From an uncultured Verrucomicrobiae bacterium (lineage in GTDB: Bacteria > Verrucomicrobiota > Verrucomicrobiia > Chthoniobacterales > UBA10450): DNA of 64,000 nucleotides. Position 1 is the first letter of the stretch; each line of letters begins with the position of its first letter. Position numbers and translations under genes: made by a program. This document shows positions 20,134 through 30,932 of this stretch, one piece after another. Location of the stretch: contig CAVSDR010000003.1 of NCBI GenBank assembly GCA_963726745.1, positions 992,001 through 1,056,000 on the forward strand, given 5' to 3'. The notes under the pieces are model-generated. The model was not told where the DNA came from. It searched no databases and saw nothing but the letters and a program-made list of their open reading frames with translations.

Positions 20134-21348
20134 ATGTCGACCGAAACTATCGAGCTCCGCGGACACATCATCGATTCGCTTATTCTTCCCAAAGTGCTGG
20201 ATGAAATCCTGACCCGCGGCGCGGAATTCAAGATCGCCGAGATCCGCATCGGCCAGAATCGCGTCGACCAAAGCTACGCCCGCATCGAAGTCTCCTCCGA
20301 CTCGAGCGAGACTCTCGGCGAACTGCTCCTGCGCCTGCGCCAGCACGGCGGCGAAGTGCAGGAGCGCAAGGACGTGCAGCTCGCGCCCGCGCCGGCCGAC
20401 GGCGTTTTCCCCGAGGGTTTCTACGTGACCACCAACGGCCAGACCTTTGTGCAACTCAGCGGCCAGGAAGTCGCGGTCGAGTCGCCGATGATGGACAGCG
20501 GGATCGCGGTCGACGCGGCCGGCAAGACCGCGCGCACGGTGAAATTCAACGATCTCCGCGCAGGCGACCAGGTGGTCGTGGGCCAGCAAGGCATCCGCGT
20601 GGCGCCGATGCAGCGCGACACGACGCACACGAACGTGTTCCAGTTTAACAACAACGTCTCCGCGGAAACACCGAAGACCGCGATCATCCGCGAGATTGCC
20701 GGCGAGCTGCGCCGCATCCGCGAAAAGGACGGCAAAATCCTCGTCGTGGCCGGGCCTTCCGTGGTTCACACCGGCGCCGGCGGCTATCTCGAGAAGCTGA
20801 TCGAGCTTGGCTTCGTGCAGCGCTTCTTCACCGGCAATGGCCTCGCGGTTTACGATGTCGAGAGCGCTTTCTACGGCACCTCGCTCGGGGTGAATCTCGA
20901 GCGTGGCGCGCTCACCGACGAGAGCCACGACAACCACATGCGCGCGATCAACCGCATCCGCCAGGCCGGCGGGATTGCCGCCGCGGTGGAGCAGAAAATT
21001 CTCACGCGCGGGATCATGGCCGCCTGCGTCCGGCACCAGGTCGATCTCGTCCTCGCCGGCTCCATTCGCGACGACGGCCCGATTCCCGGCGTCATCACCG
21101 ACACGGTCGAGGCCCAGCGCGTCATGCGCGAAAAGCTCCGCGGCGTTTCGCTCGTGCTCATGCTCGGCTCGATGCTCCACTCGATCGCGGCGGTGAACAT
21201 GCTCCCGGCGAGCGTGCGCATGGTCTGCGTGGACATCGCCCCGCGCGTGGTCGCCCGGCTGACCAGTGCGCATCCTTTCCAGGCCGTCGGCCTGGTCACC
21301 GATGTGGAGCCGTTCCTGCGCGAGTTGCTCGACGATCTCGCTGGCTAA
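20134..21348 (+). CDS. TIGR00300/LOR-SDH-like protein (ornithine cyclodeaminase-type, similar to the AgrE/ArgZ C-terminal region)
   Basis: LRGHIIDSLILP, DGVFPEGFYVTTN, AGPSVVHTG, LAGSIRDDGP, MLHSIA, CVDI. Confidence 0.8.
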   Translation: MSTETIELRGHIIDSLILPKVLDEILTRGAEFKIAEIRIGQNRVDQSYARIEVSSDSSETLGELLLRLRQHGGEVQERKDVQLAPAPADGVFPEGFYVTTNGQTFVQLSGQEVAVESPMMDSGIAVDAAGKTARTVKFNDLRAGDQVVVGQQGIRVAPMQRDTTHTNVFQFNNNVSAETPKTAIIREIAGELRRIREKDGKILVVAGPSVVHTGAGGYLEKLIELGFVQRFFTGNGLAVYDVESAFYGTSLGVNLERGALTDESHDNHMRAINRIRQAGGIAAAVEQKILTRGIMAACVRHQVDLVLAGSIRDDGPIPGVITDTVEAQRVMREKLRGVSLVLMLGSMLHSIAAVNMLPASVRMVCVDIAPRVVARLTSAHPFQAVGLVTDVEPFLRELLDDLAG

Positions 21349-21359
21349 TTCCTTTGTTT

Positions 21360-22167
21360 ATGCGCGAGCTTCTTCTCTGTCCGCCGGATCACTACAGCAT
21401 CCAATACGAGATCAATCCCTGGATGAGCCGCGCCCAGGAGGCGGACAAGGACCTCGTGATGCAGCAGTGGAAAAATCTTCACCGCGAACTCAGCGCGCTC
21501 GACACCAAGGTCCATGTGATCACAGCCGGACGAGAAGCTGCCGGACATGGTCTTCACCGCGAATGCCGGGCTCGCGGTCGGCCGCAAATTTATCCCGAGT
21601 AATTTCCGCCACGAGGAACGCTCGGGTGAAGCGCCGCTCTTCGCCGCCTGGATGGAGGAGCGCGGCTACGAAATCATCTGGCTGCCCAAGGATCTCTACT
21701 TCGAGGGCGAAGGCGACGCGCTCTTCGGCAACGACGCCCTTTTCTGCGGCTACAAATTCCGCACCGACATCAACTCCCATCGCGCGATCGCCGACTTGTT
21801 AGGCTGCCTCGTCATCTCGGTGGAGCTGGTCGACCCGCGCTTCTATCACATCGACACCTGCTTTTGCCCGCTGGGCGATGGCGGCGCGATGTGGTTCCCG
21901 CAGGCCTTCGACGAATACGGCCAGCGCGCCATCCGCGATCGGCTCACGAACTTGATCGATGTCTCCGAGGAGGAAGCGACCGTCTTCTGCTGCAACGCCG
22001 TCGTCCTCGAGCGCGACATCGTCCTCCCGCAAGGCGCGCCCAAATTAGTCGACAAGCTCACCGAGCGCGGCTTCACCTGTCACCCGCTGCCGATGTCGGA
22101 ATTCCTCAAGGCCGGGGGCGCCTGCAAGTGTTTGACCATGCACATGCCGCAGCGGCAGTCGGTCTGA
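21360..22167 (+). CDS. amidinotransferase/arginine dihydrolase-like protein (frameshift ~21525)
   Basis: LLCPPDHY..YEINPWM, PDMVFTANAG, FEGEGD, FYHIDTCFCPL, EFLKAGGACKCLT. Confidence 0.85.
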
Positions 22168-23938
22168 TCACCGTTCCCGCTTCCGCTTCGCCAAAAGCGC
22201 CGCCTCGATCTTCCCCAGCGGCAGGCAATTCATCACGTCGGCTTTCGTGAGCCAGCCTTTGCGCGCCACGCCCACGCCGAACCATAACTCCTGCAGCCGC
22301 TCGACCGCGTGCGCGTCGGGATTGATCACGCACTTCACCCCTTTCTCCTTCGCCAGCGGCCACCAACGCCAGTCGAGATCGAGACGCTTGGGCGCGGCGT
22401 TGATCTCGATCCACGTGCCCGTTTCCGCGGCCGCTTCCAGCACCGCCGGGATGTCGACCGCGTAGGGCTCGCGCCGCAGGAGCAGCCGGCCGGTCGGGTG
22501 CGCCAGGAACGTCACGTAAGGGTTTTGCATGCGCGCGGATGATCCGCTCCGTCATCTCCGCTTCCGGCAGGGTGAAAGCCGAGTGCACCGAGGCGACCAC
22601 GTAATCGAGCTCCGCGAGGAACTCGTCCGGGAAATCGAGCGAGCCATCGCGCAGGATGTCGCACTCCACCCCGGCAAAAATCCGGAAATCGCCATCTCGC
22701 TCGCTATTTAGCCGGCGAATTGTCGCCAGCTGCACGCGCAGGCGCGCCTCGTCCAGGCCGCGCGCCTGCACCGAGCTGCGGCTGTGATCCGCGATCCCGA
22801 GATATTGCAGCCCCAGCTCCTCCGCCGCGGCCGCCATTTCCTCGAGCGAATTGCGGCCATCACTCGCGGTGGTGTGGCAGTGAAACGTCCCGCGCAGATT
22901 TTCTTTCTCGAGCAACCGCGGGAGCGCGTGCTTCTCCGCGGCCTCGAACTCGCCGCAATTCTCGCGCAGCTCCGGCGGCACATAGTCCAGGCCTAACGAG
23001 CGGTAAAGCTCCGCCTCCTCGCGCACTTCTGGAATCGGCTCGGAGATTTTCGCCTTCCGCTTCGCCGCCGGGTCGACCGGCACCGGGCTGAGGCGATACT
23101 CGTTCAAGGTCCACCCGCGCTGGAGCGCGCGGTTTCGCATCACGATGTTGTGCTCCTTGCTCCCGGTAAAATAATTGAGCGCGAAGGGATACTCCGCGGG
23201 CGTGACCACGCGCAGGTCGCACTGGATCCCGGAGCGCAGGCGCACGCTCGTCTTCGTCGCCCCCGCGACGATGACCGACTCCACCAGCGGATGCCGGACG
23301 AACGCTTCCGAGATCGCCGCCGGCTCTTTCGTCGCCACGATGAAATCAAGATCGCGCACGATCTCCTTCCGGCGGCGGTAGCTCCCGGCGACCGAGACCT
23401 GGAGCGCGGCCTCGAGCGCGCACAGATCGTCGCGCAAAGTTTCCGCCTCGCCCGCGATCGCGCCGAGCTGGAAAGAGCCGACATGCTTCACGCGATCGGC
23501 GATCGCCTGCGCGAGCTTCTCCTGCGTGGTCTTGCCGAAGCCAGGCAACTCCGCGACGCGGCCGGAGTCGCACGCTTCCTTGAGCTGCGCGATCGAGCTG
23601 ACCGCGAGCTTTTCGTAGAGCGCCTTGATCTTCTTCGCGCCCAAACCCGGGAGGGTGAAAAGCTCGAGAATGTCCGCGGGAAATTCCGCGCGCAGCTGTT
23701 CGAAGATCTCCGAGCGCCCGCTTTCCGCGAGCTCGCGCACCACGCCGGCGATGCCTTTGCCGATCCCCGGAATTTTAGCCAGCGTCTCGGGATTTTGCAG
23801 GTCAGCCACGGTCCCGCCCCAGGTCTCGATCGAGCGCGCGGCGTTGGTGTAGGCGCGGATCTTGAACGGGTTCTCCGCCTTCAATTCCAGCAGCGTCCCG
23901 ATTTTTTCCAGAGTGTCGGCTATCCCCGCCTTGTCCAT
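22168..23938 (-). CDS. polX: DNA polymerase X / PHP exonuclease (frameshift ~22530)
   Basis: NPFKIRAY, GSYRR..DLD, FTGSKEHN, HCHTTASDG, DHS, HPTGR, INPDAH. Confidence 0.9.
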
Positions 23939-23991
23939 GGGCTCATCGATAATCCGGGAATCGCTGCGCGTCGATTGTGCTACCGTCCCGG

Positions 23992-25056
23992 ATGAAATTC
24001 CGCCTGCTGGCCGCGGTGCTTTTCATGGCCGCGCTTTCACCCGCGCCCGCGGTCATCCTCTTCCGCACAGCCGATCCGGAAGCGAACACGACCGCGCCGG
24101 GCGGTGATCTTGCCGGCAGCGGCTGGCAATACGAAGGCCTCTGGGGAGGCTTTCTCGGCACGCCGATCGCGCCGCAATATTTCATCTCCGCAAAACATAT
24201 CGGCTTGCAGGGCGACCTCGTGTTTCAAGGTGCGACCTACCACGTCGTTGCGGCCTTTCCCGATCCCGCAAGCGACCTGCAAATCCTGAAAGTGGCGGAG
24301 ATTTTTCCGTCGTTCGCGCCGCTTTATAGCCGGCAGGATGAAGTCGGCCAACGCTTGGCCGAGTTCGGCCGCGGGACGCAGCGCGGCCCGGAGATTTTTC
24401 TTGGCGGGACGCTGCGCGGCTGGGCTTGGGGCGCGGGCGATGGCCGGATGCGCTGGGGCGAAAATCTCGTGAGCGCGATCTTCAGCGAGAACGCGGAGAA
24501 CGATTACCTCGTCTCGGCTTTCGACCAGAATGGGCTGCCTAACGAGTGCCACCTTTCGGCGGGCGACTCCGGAGGCGCGGCTTTCATCAACGATGCCGGC
24601 ATTTGGAAACTGGCCGGGATCAATTACGCGGTCGATGGCCCGCTCTACACCGACAGCGCGGGGAACGGCGCCTTCACCGCGGCGCTCTTCGATGCCCGCG
24701 GTTTCTTTGCCGAGGAGAATGGCAACTATGTCGAAATTACCGGTCCCACCGCGGTGCCGACATCGTTTTATCCCACGCGCATTTCACGCCGCCTGCCTTG
24801 GATCGCGAGCGTGCTCGCCGAGGGCCTCCTCACGCGGGAGGCGGATCGCATCGCCTTCACCTACACCCGGCTGCTGCTTCCGCCGACGGACTTGAGCTAC
24901 GCGCTCGAGCAATCCAACGATCTCCGCAATTGGTCGCCCGCCGCGCTCACCGAGGAAGTCCTCTGGAGCAACGCCTCGGTCGAGCGCGTGCGCGCCAGCC
25001 GCCCGCTGGCCGATGCCGGGCCGCTCTTCTTCCGGCTGCGCCTCAGCGCGCCTTAG
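23992..25056 (+). CDS. secreted trypsin-like serine protease domain protein
   Basis: Signal peptide; ISAKH (His), SDL (Asp), AGDSGG (Ser); C-terminal SNDLRNW...FFRL module. Confidence 0.65.
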   Translation: MKFRLLAAVLFMAALSPAPAVILFRTADPEANTTAPGGDLAGSGWQYEGLWGGFLGTPIAPQYFISAKHIGLQGDLVFQGATYHVVAAFPDPASDLQILKVAEIFPSFAPLYSRQDEVGQRLAEFGRGTQRGPEIFLGGTLRGWAWGAGDGRMRWGENLVSAIFSENAENDYLVSAFDQNGLPNECHLSAGDSGGAAFINDAGIWKLAGINYAVDGPLYTDSAGNGAFTAALFDARGFFAEENGNYVEITGPTAVPTSFYPTRISRRLPWIASVLAEGLLTREADRIAFTYTRLLLPPTDLSYALEQSNDLRNWSPAALTEEVLWSNASVERVRASRPLADAGPLFFRLRLSAP

Positions 25057-25073
25057 CAGTCGTTAGGCGCGGA

Positions 25074-25673
25074 TCACATCCGCCCGCGGCGCTTGTAGAA
25101 GTCCACCCGCGCGAGGATCGAGTCGACGTAATTGCGCGTCCCGGGGAAGTCGATGCTTTGGCGGAAATCCTCCGGCGCCAGAACCACGGAATCGTCGCCG
25201 CCGGCCCAGCGGATCGCGCGGCTGGCGCCGGCGTTGTATTCCGCGAGCGCGAAAGGCAACGGATCGCTCTGGTGCTTCCAATGCTGGAGCGCGCGCGCCA
25301 GATACCAGCTCCCAGCCTGCAGGTTCACTCGTGGATCGAAGAGCTCCTCCGCGCGAAAATCCTCCACCTTCGTCTCCCGGGCCCATTCCTGCGCGGCGCG
25401 CTCGGTCACCTGCATGAGCCCGCGCTCGCCCGCGCTACCGAACTTCCGCGGATCGAACCGGCTCTCGCGCCAGACGACCGCCTTCACCACCATCGGGTCG
25501 AGATGATGCTGCGCCGAGACTGCGGTGATGAGCGCATCCTGCCCCTGGAAGCGCGCCGGGCTGAGCCACTCGTGCAGCGTGTAGACCGGGTCGCCCGAGC
25601 GGAGGGCAAACATGGCCACCGCCGCGCCGGCCGCGAGCAGGCAACAGATCAGGAGTTTGAGAAAAAAACGCAT
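25074..25673 (-). CDS. soluble lytic transglycosylase (SLT) domain protein
   Basis: WRESRF, GLMQV, AEYNAG, TRNYV. Confidence 0.88.
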   Translation of the reverse strand: MRFFLKLLICCLLAAGAAVAMFALRSGDPVYTLHEWLSPARFQGQDALITAVSAQHHLDPMVVKAVVWRESRFDPRKFGSAGERGLMQVTERAAQEWARETKVEDFRAEELFDPRVNLQAGSWYLARALQHWKHQSDPLPFALAEYNAGASRAIRWAGGDDSVVLAPEDFRQSIDFPGTRNYVDSILARVDFYKRRGRM

Positions 25674-25734
25674 CGCGGAATCAATTCGTGGCGGCCCGGG
25701 CGTTGAACATCGAACATCGCACCGCGAACGTCGA

Positions 25735-27970
25735 ATGCTGAACCCGCCCCAATTCGCCCGCGTTATTCTTGATCGCGCGATTCACCGCGAGCTCGACTAC
25801 GCCATCCCGGAAAATTTAGCCGACCGGCTGAACATCGGCTGGCGCGTGCGGGTGCCTTTTCGCGAGCGCTCCGCGCTCGGGACGGTCGTTGGCTTGCTCG
25901 AGAAATCCGACGCGCAAGGGCTGCGGCCGATCGAGGCGATCGTGGGCGACGGCCCGGCGTTGAACGCCAAGCTGCTTGAGCTCGCGCGCTGGATGGCGGC
26001 TTACTATTGCTGCTCGATCGAGACGGTCATGCGCAGCCTCCTGCCGCAGGTCATCCGGCGCGCGGAGGTGAGCTTCAAGAAGCAGCTCTTCGTCGAGCGC
26101 GGTCGCGCGCCGACCGCGGAGGAACTCGAGAAACTCCAGCGCCGCGCCCCGCGACAGGCGGAACTTCTGGAGGCGGTCGGCAAATTAGCCAGCGCGATCG
26201 CCGCCGCCGATCTCCTCCGCCAAACCTCGCTCGATAACCAAACTCTGCGCGCGCTCGAGAAGCGCGGCTTCGTGCAATTGCGCGAGACCGCGGTCCGCCG
26301 CGACCCGCATGCGGACGAGCAATTCATCGCCACGAGCAATCTCGAGTTGAACCCCGAGCAGGCAATCGCGCTGGCCGCGGTCGAGCAGTCGTTAGGCGAT
26401 CCCGCGAATGCAAAGCCGCTCCTCCTGCACGGCGTCACCGGCAGCGGCAAGACGGAGATTTACCTGCAAGCCATCCGTTGGACGCTCGACCGCGGGAAGA
26501 CCGCGATCGTGCTCGTGCCGGAGATTTCGCTCACGCCGCAGACGGTCGAGCGCTTCAAGAGCCGCTTCGCGGAAGCGCCAGACACCGTCGCGGTTTTACA
26601 CAGCAAGCTCTCGGAAGGTGAGCGCCACGACGAATGGCACAAGATCCAGATGCGGCGCGGCGCGCATCGTCATTGGCGCGCGCAGCGCGATCTTCGCGCC
26701 GCTGGAAAACCTCGGGCTCATCGTGGTGGATGAAGAACACGAGACAACCTACAAGCAGGAAGAAGCGCCGCGCTACCAGGCGCGCGACGTCGCCGTGGTT
26801 CGCGCGAAACTCGAGGGCTGCGTGGTCTTGTTAGGCAGCGCCACGCCTTCGCTCGAAAGTTATTACAACGCCACCCGCGGGAAGTATCAGCTGCTCAACC
26901 TGACCCTGCGGGTGGACGACAACCAGATGCCGATGATCCGGATCGTCGATCTGCGGCTGGAATCGCGAAAGGCCAAGGGGCTCACGATCATCGGCGAAAA
27001 ATTATACAGCGCGATCACCGCGCGGCTGGAGAAGCGCGAGCAGACGATCCTGTTCCTGAATCGCCGCGGCTTCTCGACTTCGCTTCTTTGCCGCGCCTGC
27101 GGCGAAGCGCGGGAATGTCCGAACTGCAGCGTCGCGCTCACCTTCCACCGCACGGCCGCGCGCTTGAGCTGCCACCTCTGCGGCCACACCGCGACGGTGC
27201 CGAAGAAATGCCCGGCCTGTCATGAGGACGCGCTGATCTATTCCGGCTTCGGGACCGAGAAAGTCGAGGCGCACGTGCAGCAGATTTTTCCGAAAGCGGT
27301 GGTCAAGCGGATGGATGCCGACTCGATGACGCGCAAAGACGCCTTTCGCGACACCCTGCGCGCCTTTCGCGCGGGCAAGATCGATGTCCTCGTGGGCACG
27401 CAGATGATCGCGAAAGGGCTGCATTTTCCCAACGTCACGCTCGTCGGAATCATCAACGCCGATCTCGCGCTCCACTTGCCCGATTTCCGCGCGGGCGAGC
27501 GGACCTTCCAATTGCTCACGCAGGTCGCCGGGCGGGCCGGGCGCGGCGAGACGCCGGGCGAAGTTTTCGTGCAAACGTTCACGCCGTTTTCGCCCTCGAT
27601 TCAGTTTGCGCGGCACCATGATTTCGCTGGCTATTTCGAGCAGGAACTCGAGTTCCGGGAGCGCTGCGACTTTCCGCCGTTCAAGCACGCGGTCCTGGTG
27701 ACGATCCGCTCCGAGCACGAGGCGCGCGGGAAATTCTCCGCGGAAACGATCGCGCGCCGCCTGCGCGAGGCGCTCCCGGCGGAGTTCATCCTCGGCGAGC
27801 CGACGCCGGCGCCGCTGGAGAAATTGCAAAGCCAATACCGCTTCCACATCCTCCTGCGCGGCGACGCGATCGTGCGCCTGAGCCGGCTCTTGCGCGAGAC
27901 ACTCGACAAGCTGCCGCTGCCGGAAGACGTGATCGCCTCGGTCGACGTGGACCCGTATCAACTGCTCTGA
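25735..27970 (+). CDS. priA: primosomal protein N' (frameshift ~26650)
   Basis: GVTGSGKTE, VPEISLTPQ, DEEH, four CxxC pairs, GTQMIAKG, QVAGRAGR, DVDP. Confidence 0.95.
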
Positions 27971-29325
27971 GGCGGGGTGAGCGTCTGCGACTCCGCTACG
28001 ACTTCGCTCGGGACGGCGAGGTGGACGGTTTCGCCTTCCTTCGCGGCCGCGACCTCGAGCTGGCCGCCTTGTTCCCGCACGCGCTCGCGGGCCCGCTCGA
28101 CCATCGCGTCGACCTTTTCGTCGTGATGATCGGGATCGTGATGAAACAAGAAAAGCCGCCTTGCCTTGGCGCGCAGGGCGAGCTGCACGGTGTCGTCGGC
28201 GCAGGTGTGGCCCCAGCCGCGGCGCGCCGGGTATTCGATCGCGTCGTATTGCGAATCGGCGATCACGACCTCGGCGTCGCGCAGGAAATCGATCACCTTT
28301 TCGTCCTGGATGCGGGCGTATTCCAGGCCATGCGCGGAGGTCTCGTGGTCGGCTTTTTGCCGCTCCAGTTCGCAGCGCTCGTAGGCTTCGTGATCCGGCA
28401 GGTAAACCACGTCGCCGGCAGGAGTCGTTAGGCGATAGCCCAGGCAAATCCCGGGGTGATTGGCAAACATCGTCCGCACCTGGACCGCGCCCATGTCGAA
28501 CTGCATGTCGTTTAATTCCTCGAAGGTCAGGTGCGTCGCCATCTGGTGCAGGCCCACGGGAAAGAAAGCGCTCTGCATTTGCTCGAAGAGCGCCCCGCGC
28601 AGGCCGTGGACCGCGCCTTCGTAACCGAGGATGCGGATGTTTACCTTGGGATGGTAGGCCGGGACGAAGAACGGGAAGCCCTGGATGTGATCCCAATGCG
28701 TGTGAGTCACGAGCATGATCACCTCCAGTCCATCCGGCCCGATCTCCCGCATGAGCGCCTGGCCCAGCCGGCGAATTCCCGAGCCGGCATCGAGGATGAT
28801 GATCTGCCCGCCGACGCGCAGCTCCACGCAGGAGGTGTTGCCGCCATAGCCGGAAGTCTCGCGACCCGGTGTGGGAATGGAGCCGCGCACGCCCCAGAAG
28901 CGGAGCAAGGTCGGGCCCGCGGCCGTTGGCCTAACGACTGGTTCCGCGACCGCGGTCTGGCCGTTGTGGCCCGCGGCCTCGAGCATGCGCAGGAGTTCCG
29001 CGGGCACGATCGGCTTGAGCAAGTAATCATCCGTGCCCGCGGCGAAGGCGGTCTCGCGATCATTCGCAAAACGGCTCCCGCTGGTGAGCACCACGCGGGT
29101 GTGTGCGAGCGTTTCCTGCTCGCGAATGTGCCGGCAAACCTGGAAGCCATTCCGCCGCGGCGTGCGCAGGTCGCAGACGACCGCATCGGGCCGGTGCTGG
29201 TTGACCAACTCGAGCCCAGCCTGGCCGTTTTCCGCCTCGAAAATGAGCCACTCGCCCCCTGCGAGACACTCGCCAATGAGCGTGCGCGTGAGCGCGTCGC
29301 TATCGATCAGCACGAGCGTCTTCAT
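27958..29325 (-). CDS. receiver domain fused to MBL-fold metallohydrolase
   Basis: N-terminal REC (LVLIDSD, VCDL, YLLKP); GVRGSIPTPG, GGNTSC, DAGSG, THTHWDHIQG, HHDP. Confidence 0.85.
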   Translation of the reverse strand: MKTLVLIDSDALTRTLIGECLAGGEWLIFEAENGQAGLELVNQHRPDAVVCDLRTPRRNGFQVCRHIREQETLAHTRVVLTSGSRFANDRETAFAAGTDDYLLKPIVPAELLRMLEAAGHNGQTAVAEPVVRPTAAGPTLLRFWGVRGSIPTPGRETSGYGGNTSCVELRVGGQIIILDAGSGIRRLGQALMREIGPDGLEVIMLVTHTHWDHIQGFPFFVPAYHPKVNIRILGYEGAVHGLRGALFEQMQSAFFPVGLHQMATHLTFEELNDMQFDMGAVQVRTMFANHPGICLGYRLTTPAGDVVYLPDHEAYERCELERQKADHETSAHGLEYARIQDEKVIDFLRDAEVVIADSQYDAIEYPARRGWGHTCADDTVQLALRAKARRLFLFHHDPDHHDEKVDAMVERARERVREQGGQLEVAAAKEGETVHLAVPSEVVAESQTLTPPQSS

Positions 29326-30423
29326 AGATTAGCCGACACTTTCTCGGCCTGGGGAATCCGCAGGGTGAAGCAATTGCCCACGGGCTCCCGCGCTTCGTAA
29401 AGAATTTCCCCGCCCGCGCGCTCCACCGCCGCGCGGCAAAATTGCAGACGCAAAAGCGAGGCATCGGAGCCCTCGGAGGACGCCTTCGAAAGCAGGCCGT
29501 CGCAGAGATCGGGCGGGAGCGGCGGCCCGTCGTCGCACAACTTCAAGGCCACGCTCTGTTCCTCCGCGCGCAGCTCGAAGCTGACCACGCCACCGGCCTT
29601 GGTGTTCGTTAGGCAAATTTCCAGGACGCTGCAAACGGCGCGGCGAAGGTGGTCGCCGCTCATGGCCACGCGCGTGTCCGGCGGGGTCTGATCGGAGACC
29701 GCCAGCCGCGCCGGCTTCTCCCACGCGGCCGCGGTTGCGCTTGCGGCGCGCACGATTTCCGCGAGCCCGCAGGCCGGCGGGGAGTCCGCGCTTTGCCCGT
29801 AGAGCGTTTCCAGCTCCGAGCGGAAGACGGTGAGGATGCGATGAATCAGCGCCTGTTGATCGGCCGCGGCGCGGGCGGCCAGGCTGAGCAGCTGGCGAGT
29901 GCGCGGCGGGTGGTTGTTCTCCAATTCGAGGAGGCGCAGCGAGGTGATCAAGTTCCCGAGCGCGGCGGTCATCTGCTCGGCGATCCAGCTCAAGAGCACT
30001 TCTTTTTTGCGCGTCTCGCTGTTTAAACGCTGGAGCGCGATCACGGTCTCGCGCGCGGTCTGGAGCATCTGCCGTTTGGTCTCGAAGGCTTCGCCTTGCC
30101 GTTCGAGCAGGAGCACGGCGGCGCCGCCGACCCGGAGCGCGCTCGCTTCCAGGGTAACCTCGCGGCCGTCGGGCGCGGTCTCGATCCACGGGCCGGATTG
30201 CACCCGCAGCTCGCTGTCTGTTTGCCAGCATTCTCGGGCGTCGATCAGGAAATTTTCGAGAAACGGCGAGGCCTGCGCGACCGGCAGCTCGCCCGTCGTT
30301 TTGCAGTTGCGGCCAGAGCGCGCGGAGCCAAGCGGGCGGGTCGCCCTGCAGCCGGAGCGCGCCATCCTCGGCCTGGTGAAACACCGCCAGGCCGAGGGCG
30401 GTGAGGAGATCGTGCGCCGACAT
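29322..30423 (-). CDS. histidine-kinase-like protein, degenerate (frameshift ~30312)
   Basis: SPFLENFL..SGPWIE sensor region, coiled coil, HATPase-like C-terminus (DDGPPLP, GGEILYE, GNCFTLRIP); no His at the expected H-box. Confidence 0.65.
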
Positions 30424-30932
30424 CAGCGTTCGTTAGGCAGCGTGATCATCCGGCGGCTGAGCTCGGCGAAAATTTCCTCCACCGCCGCGCCTTCCTTCGC
30501 GCTGGTGCGAAAATAGGTCCAGCCCTTCGTGTCCAGCTGCGCGGTGTGGGCGTCGTCGATCTCCCATTGCGCGGCGAGGTCGGCCTTGTTCAAGGCGAGC
30601 AGAAACGGCACCGGGCCGACGACCTCCGCGACACGTCCCTGGAGCTCGATCGCCTGGTCGAGTGTGACCGCGCGGGTGCCATCGGCGACTAAAAGATAGC
30701 CGCTCGTCCCGCGCAGATAGGAAGTCTGCAGGCGCTGGTAATCGTCGTCGCCCGCGAGATCCCAGATCATGAGCAGGACTTCGGTCCCGCCGGCGTCGAC
30801 CGTTTTCTTGTCGATCTTCACGCCCACGGTGGTGAGATATTTTTCCGAGAAAAGGCTGTGCACGAACTTGGCCACCAGGCTGGTTTTGCCGACGCCGGAG
30901 GTGCCAAGGAGGCAGACTTTTTTCTGGATCAT
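30423..30932 (-). CDS. Ras/Rab-like small GTPase
   Basis: G1 GTSGVGKTS, G2 YLTTVG, G3 WDLAG, G4 NKAD, G5 TSAK. Confidence 0.92.
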   Translation of the reverse strand: MIQKKVCLLGTSGVGKTSLVAKFVHSLFSEKYLTTVGVKIDKKTVDAGGTEVLLMIWDLAGDDDYQRLQTSYLRGTSGYLLVADGTRAVTLDQAIELQGRVAEVVGPVPFLLALNKADLAAQWEIDDAHTAQLDTKGWTYFRTSAKEGAAVEEIFAELSRRMITLPNER

